64,000 nucleotides of DNA from Planctomycetota bacterium. GTDB lineage: Bacteria > Planctomycetota > JAJSAM01 > JAJVHW01. The position numbers and the translations under genes were made by a program. How positions within the stretch are numbered: the first letter of the stretch is position 1; the number at the start of each line of letters is the position of its first letter. This document shows, piece by piece, positions 49,221 to 59,923 of this stretch. The notes under the pieces were generated by a model. It did no database searches, was not told the origin of the DNA, and saw only the letters and a list, made by a program, of their open reading frames with translations. Location: the NCBI GenBank assembly GCA_965248445.1, contig CBDFJG010000003.1, positions 1,408,001-1,472,000 on the forward strand. Direction: 5' to 3'.

Positions 49221-50559
49221 AGGAGCCCCCTCGACTTCGCCTCGAGGTAGCGGTTGACGGACGCGGCTGCGAGATCGCCGGGGGGCAGCTCGATGCACTG
49301 CGCACCGCCCTCGGAGACCCGCCTTCGCGCCCGGCGCTTCTCTTCGATGAGCTCGGCAGCCGCCAGCGACGTCGCCAGTTCCCGGGCGTCCCCCGGCGCG
49401 TGCTCTGCCAGTTCCACGACGTCGCGGTCGACGACGGTGAAGCACGTCACCAGGTGACGGGCGCGCAAGAGAGGCAGGCAGCGCAGGAAGTCGTCTCCCG
49501 CCACGCGGTCCGGGAAGTCGGTGAGGAACACGATCAGGGAGCGCCGCGTCTGCCGCGTTGCGAGCGCAGTGCACGCGGCGCGGAACGACGCGTCGAAAAG
49601 AGAGGGTGTGACGTCGTACAGCACGTCGAGCGCACGGCGCACCGTGGTCTTCCCGCTGCGCGGCGCCATCCACGTGCGCGCCTCTGAGTCGAAGACGAGG
49701 AGGCCAAAGCGGTCGCCGCCCTGCGTCACCACGTGCGCGAGCACGAGCGCCGCGTTGACCGCCTCGTCGAGCTTTGACAGCTCTCCCGACCGGGCGGTCA
49801 TCACCCGCGATGCGTCGACCACGACGATGACGTCCTGGCTGCGTTCGGGGCGATACACGCGCGAGATCGGGTTGCCGCGGCGTGCCGTGGCCTTCCAGTC
49901 GATGTCGCGGAAGTCGTCGTCTTGGTGATACTCGCGCAGCCGGTCGAACTCGCGGCCCCGGGTGAACCCCCGGCCGACGTGGATGCCGAGAGCGGCGAGA
50001 TTCCGGCTCTTCTGCAAAGTGTCGTACCTCACCACCGCGGAGAGCGCCGGCACGACGCGGGTCGCCGAGCGGCAGGGCGGCTTGTAACGGCGCATCGCCA
50101 GGCCCGCCGAGATCCCGACGCGCACCCAGGGCTCCGGGATCTCGACGCGCCCGCGGTGCTGCGGAGTCACCTTGTACGAGAGATCGACCGCCCCGTGCGC
50201 GGGCACCCGCGCGTGCACCGGGAACAACTCCTCGAACGGCACCTCGGTCTCGAAGGCGTCCGGCACCGGCTCGACGACGCGCACCGTGACCGGCAGGCCC
50301 AGCCGATTGCGCACCCGGAGCGTCACCGTCGTCGGTTCGCCGAGATCGATGGATCGATCGATCGTGCGCGTGACGACGAGGGCGCCGTCCGGCCGCGACG
50401 CACTCGGACGCAGGAACAGCCGGCCCTCGATCAGCACCAGGGCGGCGACGAGGAACAATAGCAACAACGCGATCACACCGACGCCGGGCAGAACCGGCGC
50501 GGTGAACGCGAGCGCCGAAAGCAGCACCCCCGCGAGGATCGCAGTGCGTGACGGAAGTG

Positions 50560-50563
<4 letters not shown>
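49217..50563 (-). CDS. DUF58 domain (VWA-like) protein; start either CTG 50563 or GTG 50527
   Basis: GREFDRLREY..DDFRDIDWKATAR, VVVDASRVM, GDRFGLLVF, RRSLIVFLTD, YLEAKSRGLL. Confidence 0.92.
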
Positions 50564-51534
<971 letters not shown>

Positions 51535-52802
51535 CCTGTTTCTCTCCGTTCGAGGGCCGCGCAGTCGCGGCCCGTGCGTCATCGAGCGCTCGCCACACCA
51601 TCGCGACGGCGCGTGTCCAGACAGCCGGGTGGGCGCGGAACGACGTCTGCCGGTCCGCGGGAAGTTCGGCGAGTGCATCGCGGACGGCGTCCGCGCGTGC
51701 CGGATGGCGTGTCGCGAACATGTCCAGGGCGCGTTCCATCCCCGTGCGATCGCCCGCCGAGAGGCGTCGCCGCACCTCGTCGCGCACGACGGCATGGATC
51801 TCCGGGCCACTCATGCACTGCGCATAGAGGCCGGCGCGCAGGTGCGCATACGACTCCGGCCGGTACTCGCGACGGGGCCCCGCTTGGCGATCCGCTGCGT
51901 CGCTCGGTCCGTTGCGCCACCACACGAGCAGGAGCAGCATGAAGACGCAGGCGAGCGCCGGTCCGAGCCCGCGCTCGGTCAGCAGGGACACGACACCGCG
52001 TGAGGCGACCTGCCCCACCGCGCGATCGTCGAAGTAGACCGTGCCGCCTTCGCGCAACCGCGACACGAGCTCGGCCAGCCACGCCGCGTTGTCGGACTGG
52101 GCGAGCCGCACGTTCGTGGCGAACCACGGATCGGACACGACGATGACCAGTCCGTCCCCGTGGGGCCGCTCCACGATGCGCGCGTCGGCGGCGGGGATCG
52201 GTTCGCGGACGAGGATCTCGTCAGATTCCCCCACCGAGACCCACAGCCCCTCCGTCAGCCACGGGTCTTCCAGCCCGTCGAAGTCATGTATCTCGAAGTC
52301 GTCCTCGCCGGACGCGGGAACGTCCGGACCGGCCCCTGCGATCAACCGCTTGAGTTCGTCGGGGACGTCGACGACGGTCGGTGTTGCGGACTCGTCGGCA
52401 CCGCGCACGGACGGGAACGCCGGCGACGAAGACTTGAGTGACGACATCAGCAGCAGTCCGTTGCCGCGCATCACCCAGCCCGCGAGTTCTCTGTTCTCCT
52501 CCGCCTTCTCCTCGGGCGGGCGCTGGTCGGCGGCGAAGTCCATCGCGACGCGCACCAGCACGTGGCCGGTGCCCGGCGGAAGCCGTGGTCCCCGGCGGCT
52601 CTCGACGGGGAGTCCGATCTCCTCGAGGACCAGGCGGGCCGCGAGCAACCCGGAGTCGTCCGGTCGGAAGCTCGAGACGGGCATCGTCCCGCGTCCGCCG
52701 CGCTGGCCCCGCGCCGCCCCCAGGAACAGCACGCCGACCAGACCCGCGAGGGCCGCGGTCGCGACGAGGACGCGCAGGGCAGACGCACCGCGGGAACGGC
52801 GA

Positions 52803-53642
52803 TCACGTCGCACGGACCCGCTCCCTTCCGTAGGCGACGCGCACGGCGGTGACCTCCCGCACGGCGTGCCGGACCCCGCGCTCGGTGGGATCGCGGCGTC
52901 CGTAGACGGCCAGGTCGAATCGCCGTGTCAGCGAGTTGAACGGCTTGTACGCGGCATGCGACCGCGGGACGTCCTGCACGTACGCGGTGTTCGTTCGCGT
53001 GCGGTCGTAGTCGATGGCTCTGGCGCGGTGCAGCCCTGCGAGCAGTTCCAGGTAGAGCGTGCGCAGCGCCTCCGCGCGCTGTCCGGCCGCGGCCAGCCGT
53101 TCGGCTTCGCGCCGCCAGTCCTCCGGTGCGCGCGCCAGCGCGTCCGACTCTGGATCCAGATCGGATGCCTCGGCGATCAGGACCCCCGCCGCGCGGCGCT
53201 CCGCACGCACGGAGCCCATCATGCGGATCAGCAGGTAGACGATCAGCCCGAGTGCCGCCGCCACGGCAGCCCATGTCACGACCATGCTCATCGTCGAGCC
53301 GCCGCCGGCCGCACCACCGCCGAACAATCCGCGGAGACCGCCGAACAGTTGCTTGAACAGCCAGCCCAGGCCGTCGCCGATCACCTCGAGCACGGAGCTC
53401 AAGAACTCACGGACCGCCGCGATGGCCCGCTCGAACCACGTGCCGCTGATGTCGACGTGCGGCAGGTCGAGGTGGTGCTTCTCCGCGAGAGGACGGAACT
53501 CCGGACGCGCGAGGACCTCTGCGAGTCGCGCGCGCGCCTCTTCGGCTTCCGTGCCGGCGCGCGCCGGCGACACGAGTGCGCACACCGCACCGAGCGACAC
53601 CCCCAGACGCAGCAACCACAGCCGCAGCAGCCACCCGCGCAT
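52803..53642 (-). CDS. DUF4129 domain protein
   Basis: EVLARPEF, AERLAAAGQRAEALRTLYL, RTNTAY, LTRRFDLAVYG. Confidence 0.82.
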   Translation of the reverse strand: MRGWLLRLWLLRLGVSLGAVCALVSPARAGTEAEEARARLAEVLARPEFRPLAEKHHLDLPHVDISGTWFERAIAAVREFLSSVLEVIGDGLGWLFKQLFGGLRGLFGGGAAGGGSTMSMVVTWAAVAAALGLIVYLLIRMMGSVRAERRAAGVLIAEASDLDPESDALARAPEDWRREAERLAAAGQRAEALRTLYLELLAGLHRARAIDYDRTRTNTAYVQDVPRSHAAYKPFNSLTRRFDLAVYGRRDPTERGVRHAVREVTAVRVAYGRERVRAT

Positions 53643-54487
53643 CACGCGAGCACCTCGACCTGCGCGCTCCGCCGTTCCTCGTGGTCGGTGATCCGCCGCG
53701 CGTCCAACTCGTCGGCGAACAAGTCGAAACGCGTTCCGTCCCGCTCGGCATCGCGCTCGACCGAGAGTTCGGCGAACGCGGCCACGAGAATTGCCTCGAC
53801 CGCCAGCGCGGCGATCAGCGCAGCGCCGGCCCACGCCGCGGCACGATCGGGCCGCAGCGCCGCCACGACGAGGTTCATGTCGACGCCGAGTCCGCCCGCG
53901 CCGAGCATCGTCAGCAGGAACGGGAGGATCACGAGGTTGACCGTCAGGAACAGGAACGCCAGTGCGCAGCACAGCACGATGGACAGGCATCGAGGCAGAT
54001 CGTGCGTGACCGCCTGCCAGCCCGCGCGCACGAGCGTCATGCCGCCGGCGGAACGCGGACCGACGCCCGCCGCCAGGCCGACGAGACCCACCGCCGACAG
54101 GAGCCAGCCGAGTGATGCGGTGACGAACCCGAGCGGCAACCCGATCAGGATGATGGAGGTCGCGAGCAGCGACTCCGGGAAGCGGGTCACGGCGCGCCGC
54201 CACGCCCGCGCCACGCCGATGGGCTGACCGCGCGCCGACGCCGCGGCCCACGCGGACAGAGCCGCCCACCCGAGCATCTTCGGGAGCAGGAACGCACCGA
54301 GCAGCACGTCCCGATCGTCGGGCAGCCGCCCGCGCAGATCGATGTCCACGAACCACCAAAGCGTGGCACCGACGAACGGGAGCGACGGAAGCACGTGCAG
54401 GCAGATGACGGAGATCGCGTCCCGCCGCAGCCGGTCGACGCCGTCGTCCAGCACCTCGCGCGCGCGACGGCGAAGCAGCGCGCGCAA
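53642..54487 (-). CDS. Polytopic membrane protein of the MoxR/DUF58/SpoIIM operon
   Basis: Multi-TM; N-terminal EVLDDG, C-terminal RDGTRFDL; coupled to neighbours. Confidence 0.72.
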   Translation of the reverse strand: MRALLRRRAREVLDDGVDRLRRDAISVICLHVLPSLPFVGATLWWFVDIDLRGRLPDDRDVLLGAFLLPKMLGWAALSAWAAASARGQPIGVARAWRRAVTRFPESLLATSIILIGLPLGFVTASLGWLLSAVGLVGLAAGVGPRSAGGMTLVRAGWQAVTHDLPRCLSIVLCCALAFLFLTVNLVILPFLLTMLGAGGLGVDMNLVVAALRPDRAAAWAGAALIAALAVEAILVAAFAELSVERDAERDGTRFDLFADELDARRITDHEERRSAQVEVLA

Positions 54488-54829
54488 CTACTCGGCCTCT
54501 TCCACGATCGACATCAGGTGGGAGACGCCCTCACCCAGCACGCCGAGGCTACGCAGCGAGCCGAGCGCCACGATCAGCGCCGGCACGAGAACCACGCACG
54601 CGACCACGAGCGTGCCGACCCGGCGGAGCGCGCCGCCGCCCCCGGGTGCGCCGAGCTCGTCAACGGCCACCGCCAGGCAGTCGCGGCAGTGCAGGATCCC
54701 GTCCAGCCGGGTTACGCATTCTGCACACGCGTGGTCACCGCAGCGAGCGCAGCGGCCGACCGGTGCGCGGTCTCTGTGGTTCGCGCACACGCCCCGGGTC
54801 GGGGGCGACCTCTCCGTAGGCGCCGCCAT
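54488..54829 (-). CDS. Small B-box-like zinc finger protein with C-terminal TM
   Basis: CANHRDRAPVGRCARCGDHACAECVT..ILHCRDC then a hydrophobic helix; TATCCT 8 nt before ATG. Confidence 0.8.
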   Translation of the reverse strand: MAAPTERSPPTRGVCANHRDRAPVGRCARCGDHACAECVTRLDGILHCRDCLAVAVDELGAPGGGGALRRVGTLVVACVVLVPALIVALGSLRSLGVLGEGVSHLMSIVEEAE

Positions 54830-54922
54830 GACTTGTGAGGATACGCGCGGAGGGTGCAAATGGAGACGACCCCGCAGGCGCGTCGTATGCACCCGCGGGG
54901 TCGCCGCTGTCGAGGATGGGAG

Positions 54923-55009
54923 TGGTACCGGGAACAGGAGTCGAACCTGCACGAGCCAAAGGCTCACCAGCCCCTCAAGCTGGCGCGTCTGCCATTCCGC
55001 CATCCCGGC
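54923..55009 (-). tRNA. tRNA-Leu (anticodon GAG)
   Basis: Minus: GCCGGGATGGCGGAATGGCAGACGCG CCAGC-TTGAGGG-GCTGG, long variable arm, GGTTCGACTCC, ends CCCGGTACCA. Confidence 0.96.
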
Positions 55010-55113
55010 ACACGCAACGGAGTCGCCCCACCACATAGCCGAACGGGGGACACTCCGGACCGCGGATCGTAGAAACCCCGTGCGGCCAGGCAAGGAGTTT
55101 CCGGATCGGCCGC

Positions 55114-56980
55114 TCAGGGCTCCGTGAGCCCGAGGTCGATCACGATCTCGAAAGCGCGGCCGGAGAGAGTGGCGTCGATCGTCACGTCCCCGACGACGTC
55201 GAGCGGCGTCCACATCTCCCGGTACTCGCTGAGCGCAGCGGGAAACTCGGTCTCGTTGCGCACGTTGATGCGCTCCTGGATGGCATGGTTCTCGAACGAC
55301 ATGCGATCCGCAGCCGACCGGGCGGTGGACGAGAGGTCCAGATCACGTCGTATCGCCTGTCGCTCCGCCTTCCAGTCGTGATATGTCCGCTGGTGCGCCC
55401 ACTCCCAGCGCTGGTCGTGGAAGAACTGCCCGAGAGGGAACCCGCTCACCGATGCCGTCGCGGTGCGTCCGGTCGTCCGTGCGAGCGCCGGGTCCCCCGA
55501 TGCGTGCCGGTAGCGCAGTGCCCGCTGCAGGTAGGCCGCGTTCGTCGAGAACACGAAGAGGCCGTCCACGATGGCGCAGCACGGCGTGAGCAGGCGCCAC
55601 ATGGCTCCGAACGTGTGATGGGCCGGCCCGTACAGGCGCGCGCCGCCGGGCAGAGCGACAGGGGCGAGTTCGAGCGGGCCGCCGAACAGCGACTCGGACC
55701 GCTTCGCAAGGTCGTCCAACAGCGCGTCCCCCGCCCCGTCCGCAAGGCGGAAGACAACCAACGTCGCCGCGATCGGGTGCGCCTGACCGCCGTCGATCGG
55801 ATCATCCAGTTCGAGGTCGTCCACCTCGTCGAGGCGGGCGACGACGAATCCGGCGCCGTCCTCGAGATGGCCCGCGAGCTGCGTCGCGACCTCCGCGACC
55901 GACGTGCCCTCGTCCGCGAGCACGTCCTCGAACAAGGCACTGCGCTTGGCCGGCTGCGCGTCGACGAGCGCGCGAATGGCCTGCTCCGCGCGGACGGCGA
56001 CTCCCGCCACGACGACCGCTTCGCCGGGGAGCGCGAGACGGGCGGCCTCGGCCCGCAGGGCACGCGCGCCGCCGTCGACGGCGGACGGAAACGCCACGAC
56101 TCGCTCCGGCAGTTCGCCGGCGTACTCGCTGCTCAGGCGTATCGACACGCGATCCCACCGCGACAGGTCGACTTCGCCGTGCGAGGGACCGAGACGAGCG
56201 GGTGGGAAGACCCCGCGCCAGATCGTGAGCGCGGTCTCGGGTGCGGGGTCCCCATTCATCTCCGCAGGACCGGGACCCGCGAACTCCGCGGGACGCGCGA
56301 AGAACAGCACGCGCATGCCGGGTGACCGGTCCATCTCGAGGAGCGTGGTGTACTCCGTGTCGTTCTCGTAGCCGTGCGTCGCGGCGCCGCGGTCGCGCGC
56401 GCTCTGCACCATCTCGCGCGATGTCGACAGCAGCAGGACGTCTCGGTGGCGTGCGGCGAAGACCGTCGGGGCGCCCTCCCGTTCGAACACGACGACGTCG
56501 CCGTCGAGACGCAGGCCGTGGGACGCCAACTCGGCGGCATCCACGCGGCGGATGATCTCGAGCGCGCGAGCGCGGGCGGACATGCGGGACACGACCAGGA
56601 TCTCCTCGTCGCGCACCCCGATCAGCACGTCGCGACCGAGCAGATCACCACGGACGGTCGGCCGCGCGCCGATGCCGCGGGTCAGCTCGGCCAGGGCGTC
56701 CTCCACACGACGCAGCGGCGCGAGCAGGCGATCCTCGACCGCGAGGTCTTCGCGGACCCCGGCGACCACGGGGTGGGCCCAGAGCGTGCGTCCGGCCGGG
56801 CTGTCGAGGGCCGTGTCGGGCTGGAGGCGGACGACAAGCGGGAGGTCCGAGGGCAGCAGGAGGTCCAGGCGCCCTGCGCCGGCCTCGAGCGGGTTCCAAG
56901 GGCAGCCATGCCAGCACCGCGAACACGCCCCCAGCGAGGAGCGCGAGCACGGCGATCGTCGGTCCGCGTCGGAGGCGCAT
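55114..56980 (-). pseudogene. Membrane-anchored hypothetical protein with a 1-nt frameshift at ~56898 (pseudogene, recoding or assembly error)
   Basis: MRLRRGPTIAVLALLAGGVFAVLAWLP (ATG 56980) joins the long frame WNPLEAGAGRLDLLLP... if one T in CCC-TTGG is skipped; the long frame has no N-terminal anchor of its own. Confidence 0.7.
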
Positions 56981-57291
56981 GGCTCGAAGTCTCGATTATC
57001 GGGTCCGGCCTCCCGCCGATTCGCGGGATTGCGGCCTCCGCCGCAATCCGGACTCCTCACACCGCCCCGCGCCTGGCGCTTCGCGAGCGCCGCGATCTGT
57101 GCGTTGGCTCGGCTCGAACGGGGCGCTCTGGCCCCGACTTCGCCCCGCCGCCTGCATCTCACGACGCTCACTCGGCCAGGACCACCGTCGGGACCAGGCG
57201 GGCTCCGCCGCGCCACGAAATCACGGCGGCGACGACCTTTGGACGATTCTCGCGCGCCGGTGTGAGGAGTGAGGGTTACCTTCCGCGCGGC

Positions 57292-58467
57292 ATGCGACTC
57301 TCGCAGCGGGCTCACCGTCTGACCCCCTCCCCGACCCTCGCTCTCGTGGCGCGGACGGCGGAGCTCCGTGCCGCCGGCCGGGACATCGTGTCGTTCGGTG
57401 CCGGCGAGCCTGACTTCAACACGCCGGGGAACGTGCGCGCCGCGGCAGCGCACGCCGCAGACGAGGGCCACACCGGATACACGGCCGTGGCCGGGATCGC
57501 GCCCCTGCGCGAGGCCATCGCCTCGGGCTACAGCCGGACCGGCGTGCAGTACGCGTCCGGCGACGTCCTGGTCACCTGTGGAGCGAAGCACGCGATCTTC
57601 CAGGCGCTCATGGCGCTGGTCGAGAACGGCGACCGCGTCGTCGTGCCGACGCCCTACTGGGTCTCGTATCCGGCGATGGTCCAGGTCGCCGGCGGCACTC
57701 CTGTCTACGCCGAGTGCCGCGAGGAGGACGGGTTCGTCCTGCGCCCGGAGACCCTGCGGCGGGCCGGCCGCGGCGCGCGCGTGCTTCTCCTGAACGGCGT
57801 CTCCAACCCGACCGGCGGCGTCCACTCCCCCGACGACCTCGCCGCTCTGGCCGAGGTGTGCCGCGAGCTGGATCTGGCGGTCATCAGCGACGAGATCTAC
57901 GAGTTCCTCGTGTACGACGGCGCGGCGGCGGCTCCGTTCGCATCCGTTTCCGACGACGCGGCGGCGCGCACGGTCACGGTCTCAGGCGTCAGCAAGACGT
58001 TCGCGATGACCGGCTGGCGCATCGGCTGGGCCGCCGGCCCGAGCGACGTGATCACCGCGATGCGCAAGTTGCAGGGTCAGTCGACCAGCAACGCCGCCAC
58101 GCCGTCGCAGTGGGCGGCGCTCGAGGCACTCACCGGCCCGCGGGACGAGATCGACGTCATGATCGCCGCGTTCGGCCGCCGGCGGGACCGCATGGTCGAC
58201 CTCTTGCGCGCGATCCCCGGCATGTCGGTCGCCCGCCCCAAGGGAGCGTTCTACGTCTTCCCCCGGGTGGACGGGTTCTTCGGACGGCGCACCGGAATCG
58301 ACGACTCGGCGTCCTTCGCCACGGCCCTGCTGGAGGAGGCCGACGTGGCCGTCGTCCCGGGGTCCGCGTTCGGCACCGACGCCCACGTCCGCCTTTCCTA
58401 CGCCTGCTCGATGGAGGACATCGAGCGCGGTGTCGCCCGCCTCGCCGAATGGCTCGCCAAACTGTGA
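57292..58467 (+). CDS. aspC: PLP-dependent class I aminotransferase (aspartate aminotransferase type)
   Basis: SFGAGEPDFNTP, GAKHAI, PYWVSY, SNPTG, ISDEIY, GVSKTFAMTGWRIG (PLP Lys), GAFY, VVPGSAFG, RLSYA. Confidence 0.93.
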   Translation: MRLSQRAHRLTPSPTLALVARTAELRAAGRDIVSFGAGEPDFNTPGNVRAAAAHAADEGHTGYTAVAGIAPLREAIASGYSRTGVQYASGDVLVTCGAKHAIFQALMALVENGDRVVVPTPYWVSYPAMVQVAGGTPVYAECREEDGFVLRPETLRRAGRGARVLLLNGVSNPTGGVHSPDDLAALAEVCRELDLAVISDEIYEFLVYDGAAAAPFASVSDDAAARTVTVSGVSKTFAMTGWRIGWAAGPSDVITAMRKLQGQSTSNAATPSQWAALEALTGPRDEIDVMIAAFGRRRDRMVDLLRAIPGMSVARPKGAFYVFPRVDGFFGRRTGIDDSASFATALLEEADVAVVPGSAFGTDAHVRLSYACSMEDIERGVARLAEWLAKL

Positions 58468-58942
58468 GCCGTCAGCCGCCGCGACTCGACCGTCAAGCGA
58501 CGGCTTGCTCGGGCGGCTGACGACGAACGCCTGCGGCCCAAGCGGGCGTGCCAGCGCGCTAGGGAGCCGGAGCCGTAAACAACGGCTCTGGCAGCAGGAG
58601 GCTGATTTCCTCGTAACGGCGGCCGCCGCGGCCCGGAGAGTCTTCCAGACCCCACCGCTCCCGTGCGGCGCTCACGTGCCGGACGGGTTGCGATCTCCGC
58701 GGCGCGTGCGGTAACCCTCCGCACGCGCCCACTTTGATTCGGGAGGGGCTGATTCGTGAGAGACGCTTCAGACTCCCGCAAGGACCGAAACCCACCATCC
58801 CTGTGACGGGTTTCCCGTAACGCTGCCGCCGCCCGCCCGGAGAACCCGGTGCAGTCGGGGCGGCGACGAGTTGCGCGGATGATGCAGGCTGGTCGGTTCT
58901 CGGTGCCACGCAGAGGTGACGAGGGACTTCAGGAGGAATGTG

Positions 58943-59800
58943 ATGCTGGCTCGTACGACGTTGGGGATCGCACTCGCAATGTCATTGGCCGGTGGAGCCG
59001 TGGCGCTGGCTGCGATCACGCAGGCCGGGGTCCGCGGGACGCTCGCGGACACGGGTGACGGCGAGATCGCAGGTCGCTTCAGGATGAAGATCGTCGAACG
59101 CGGGGACCGCTCCCGCGAGCGCATGGTCGTGAAGGCGCACGGGCTGGACGCCACGCCCGGCGAGGACGACGCGCTGCCGGTCTACGACCTGTGGCTCGTG
59201 AACGAGGCCGGCGACGTCGAAGCCGACTTCGGCGACATGCGCCTGCACGAGTCGGGCCGCGCGCGATTCCGATTCAGCAGCCGGCGCCACGACTACCCCG
59301 AGGGCGTCGAGTCGCTGCGCGAGTTCGGCGGCGGCACGATGCAGATCCGCGATGCCGAGGGCACCGTGCTCGCCGACGGCGAGATCCCCGGGTTCCTCGG
59401 TGTCGGTGACGACAACGAAGACGGTTCGAACGCCGCGGCGCGCGCGTTCGGCCGTGAACGCCTCACCTCGCCGGACGAAGAGAGCCGCGCACGCGGGTTC
59501 GTCGAAGCGCGGTACGTGAACAGGCCGGACGTGACCCACCAGGGCATCCGTGTGGCGGCGGCCGGACTGGACCCGGAAGCGGGCCCCTACACGGTCTCGA
59601 CGCGAGCCAGCGAGAGCGCTGCGAGCGTTCTGATCGGCGAGTTGCGGCTCGGCCGTCACGGCCGCGGCGGTCTGCTGCTTTCCACCCGTCGCGATGACGT
59701 GATCCCCGGTGGCAGCGTGCTCGACCTCGGCGGACACACCGTCGAGGTGACCGATGCCGAGGGCGCCGTCGTCCTGACGGGGACGTTCCCCGAGCTGTAA
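58943..59800 (+). CDS. Secreted hypothetical protein with two homologous domains
   Basis: AGGAGG SD; signal peptide; repeated AHGLD/AAGLD, FGGGTMQIRDAEG / LGGHTVEVTDAEG, DGEIP / TGTFP. Confidence 0.75.
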   Translation: MLARTTLGIALAMSLAGGAVALAAITQAGVRGTLADTGDGEIAGRFRMKIVERGDRSRERMVVKAHGLDATPGEDDALPVYDLWLVNEAGDVEADFGDMRLHESGRARFRFSSRRHDYPEGVESLREFGGGTMQIRDAEGTVLADGEIPGFLGVGDDNEDGSNAAARAFGRERLTSPDEESRARGFVEARYVNRPDVTHQGIRVAAAGLDPEAGPYTVSTRASESAASVLIGELRLGRHGRGGLLLSTRRDDVIPGGSVLDLGGHTVEVTDAEGAVVLTGTFPEL

Positions 59801-59923
59801 TCAAGACCCTTCCTTAGCGCCGCAGCCCTCTGCGGCGCACCTCACGCCCGCGCGGTTCCCGCCGCGCGGGCGCTCCGATTCAATATTCGTCCGCAACGTG
59901 CGGTCGCGGGCCCCTTCCGTCGA

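Noticed and set aside
54830..55113. MoxR operon as an island integrated at tRNA-Leu
   Set aside because: No integrase, no att-like repeat of the tRNA end found, and composition matches the flanks
56981..57825. N-terminal third of the 903-aa ORF 55114-57825
   Set aside because: Overlaps aspC antisense and intergenic DNA; the real gene most likely starts at 56980 via the frameshift
58740..58870. c-di-AMP or c-di-GMP riboswitch
   Set aside because: Only partial resemblance (GCAA-capped stem); the conserved core motifs could not be identified
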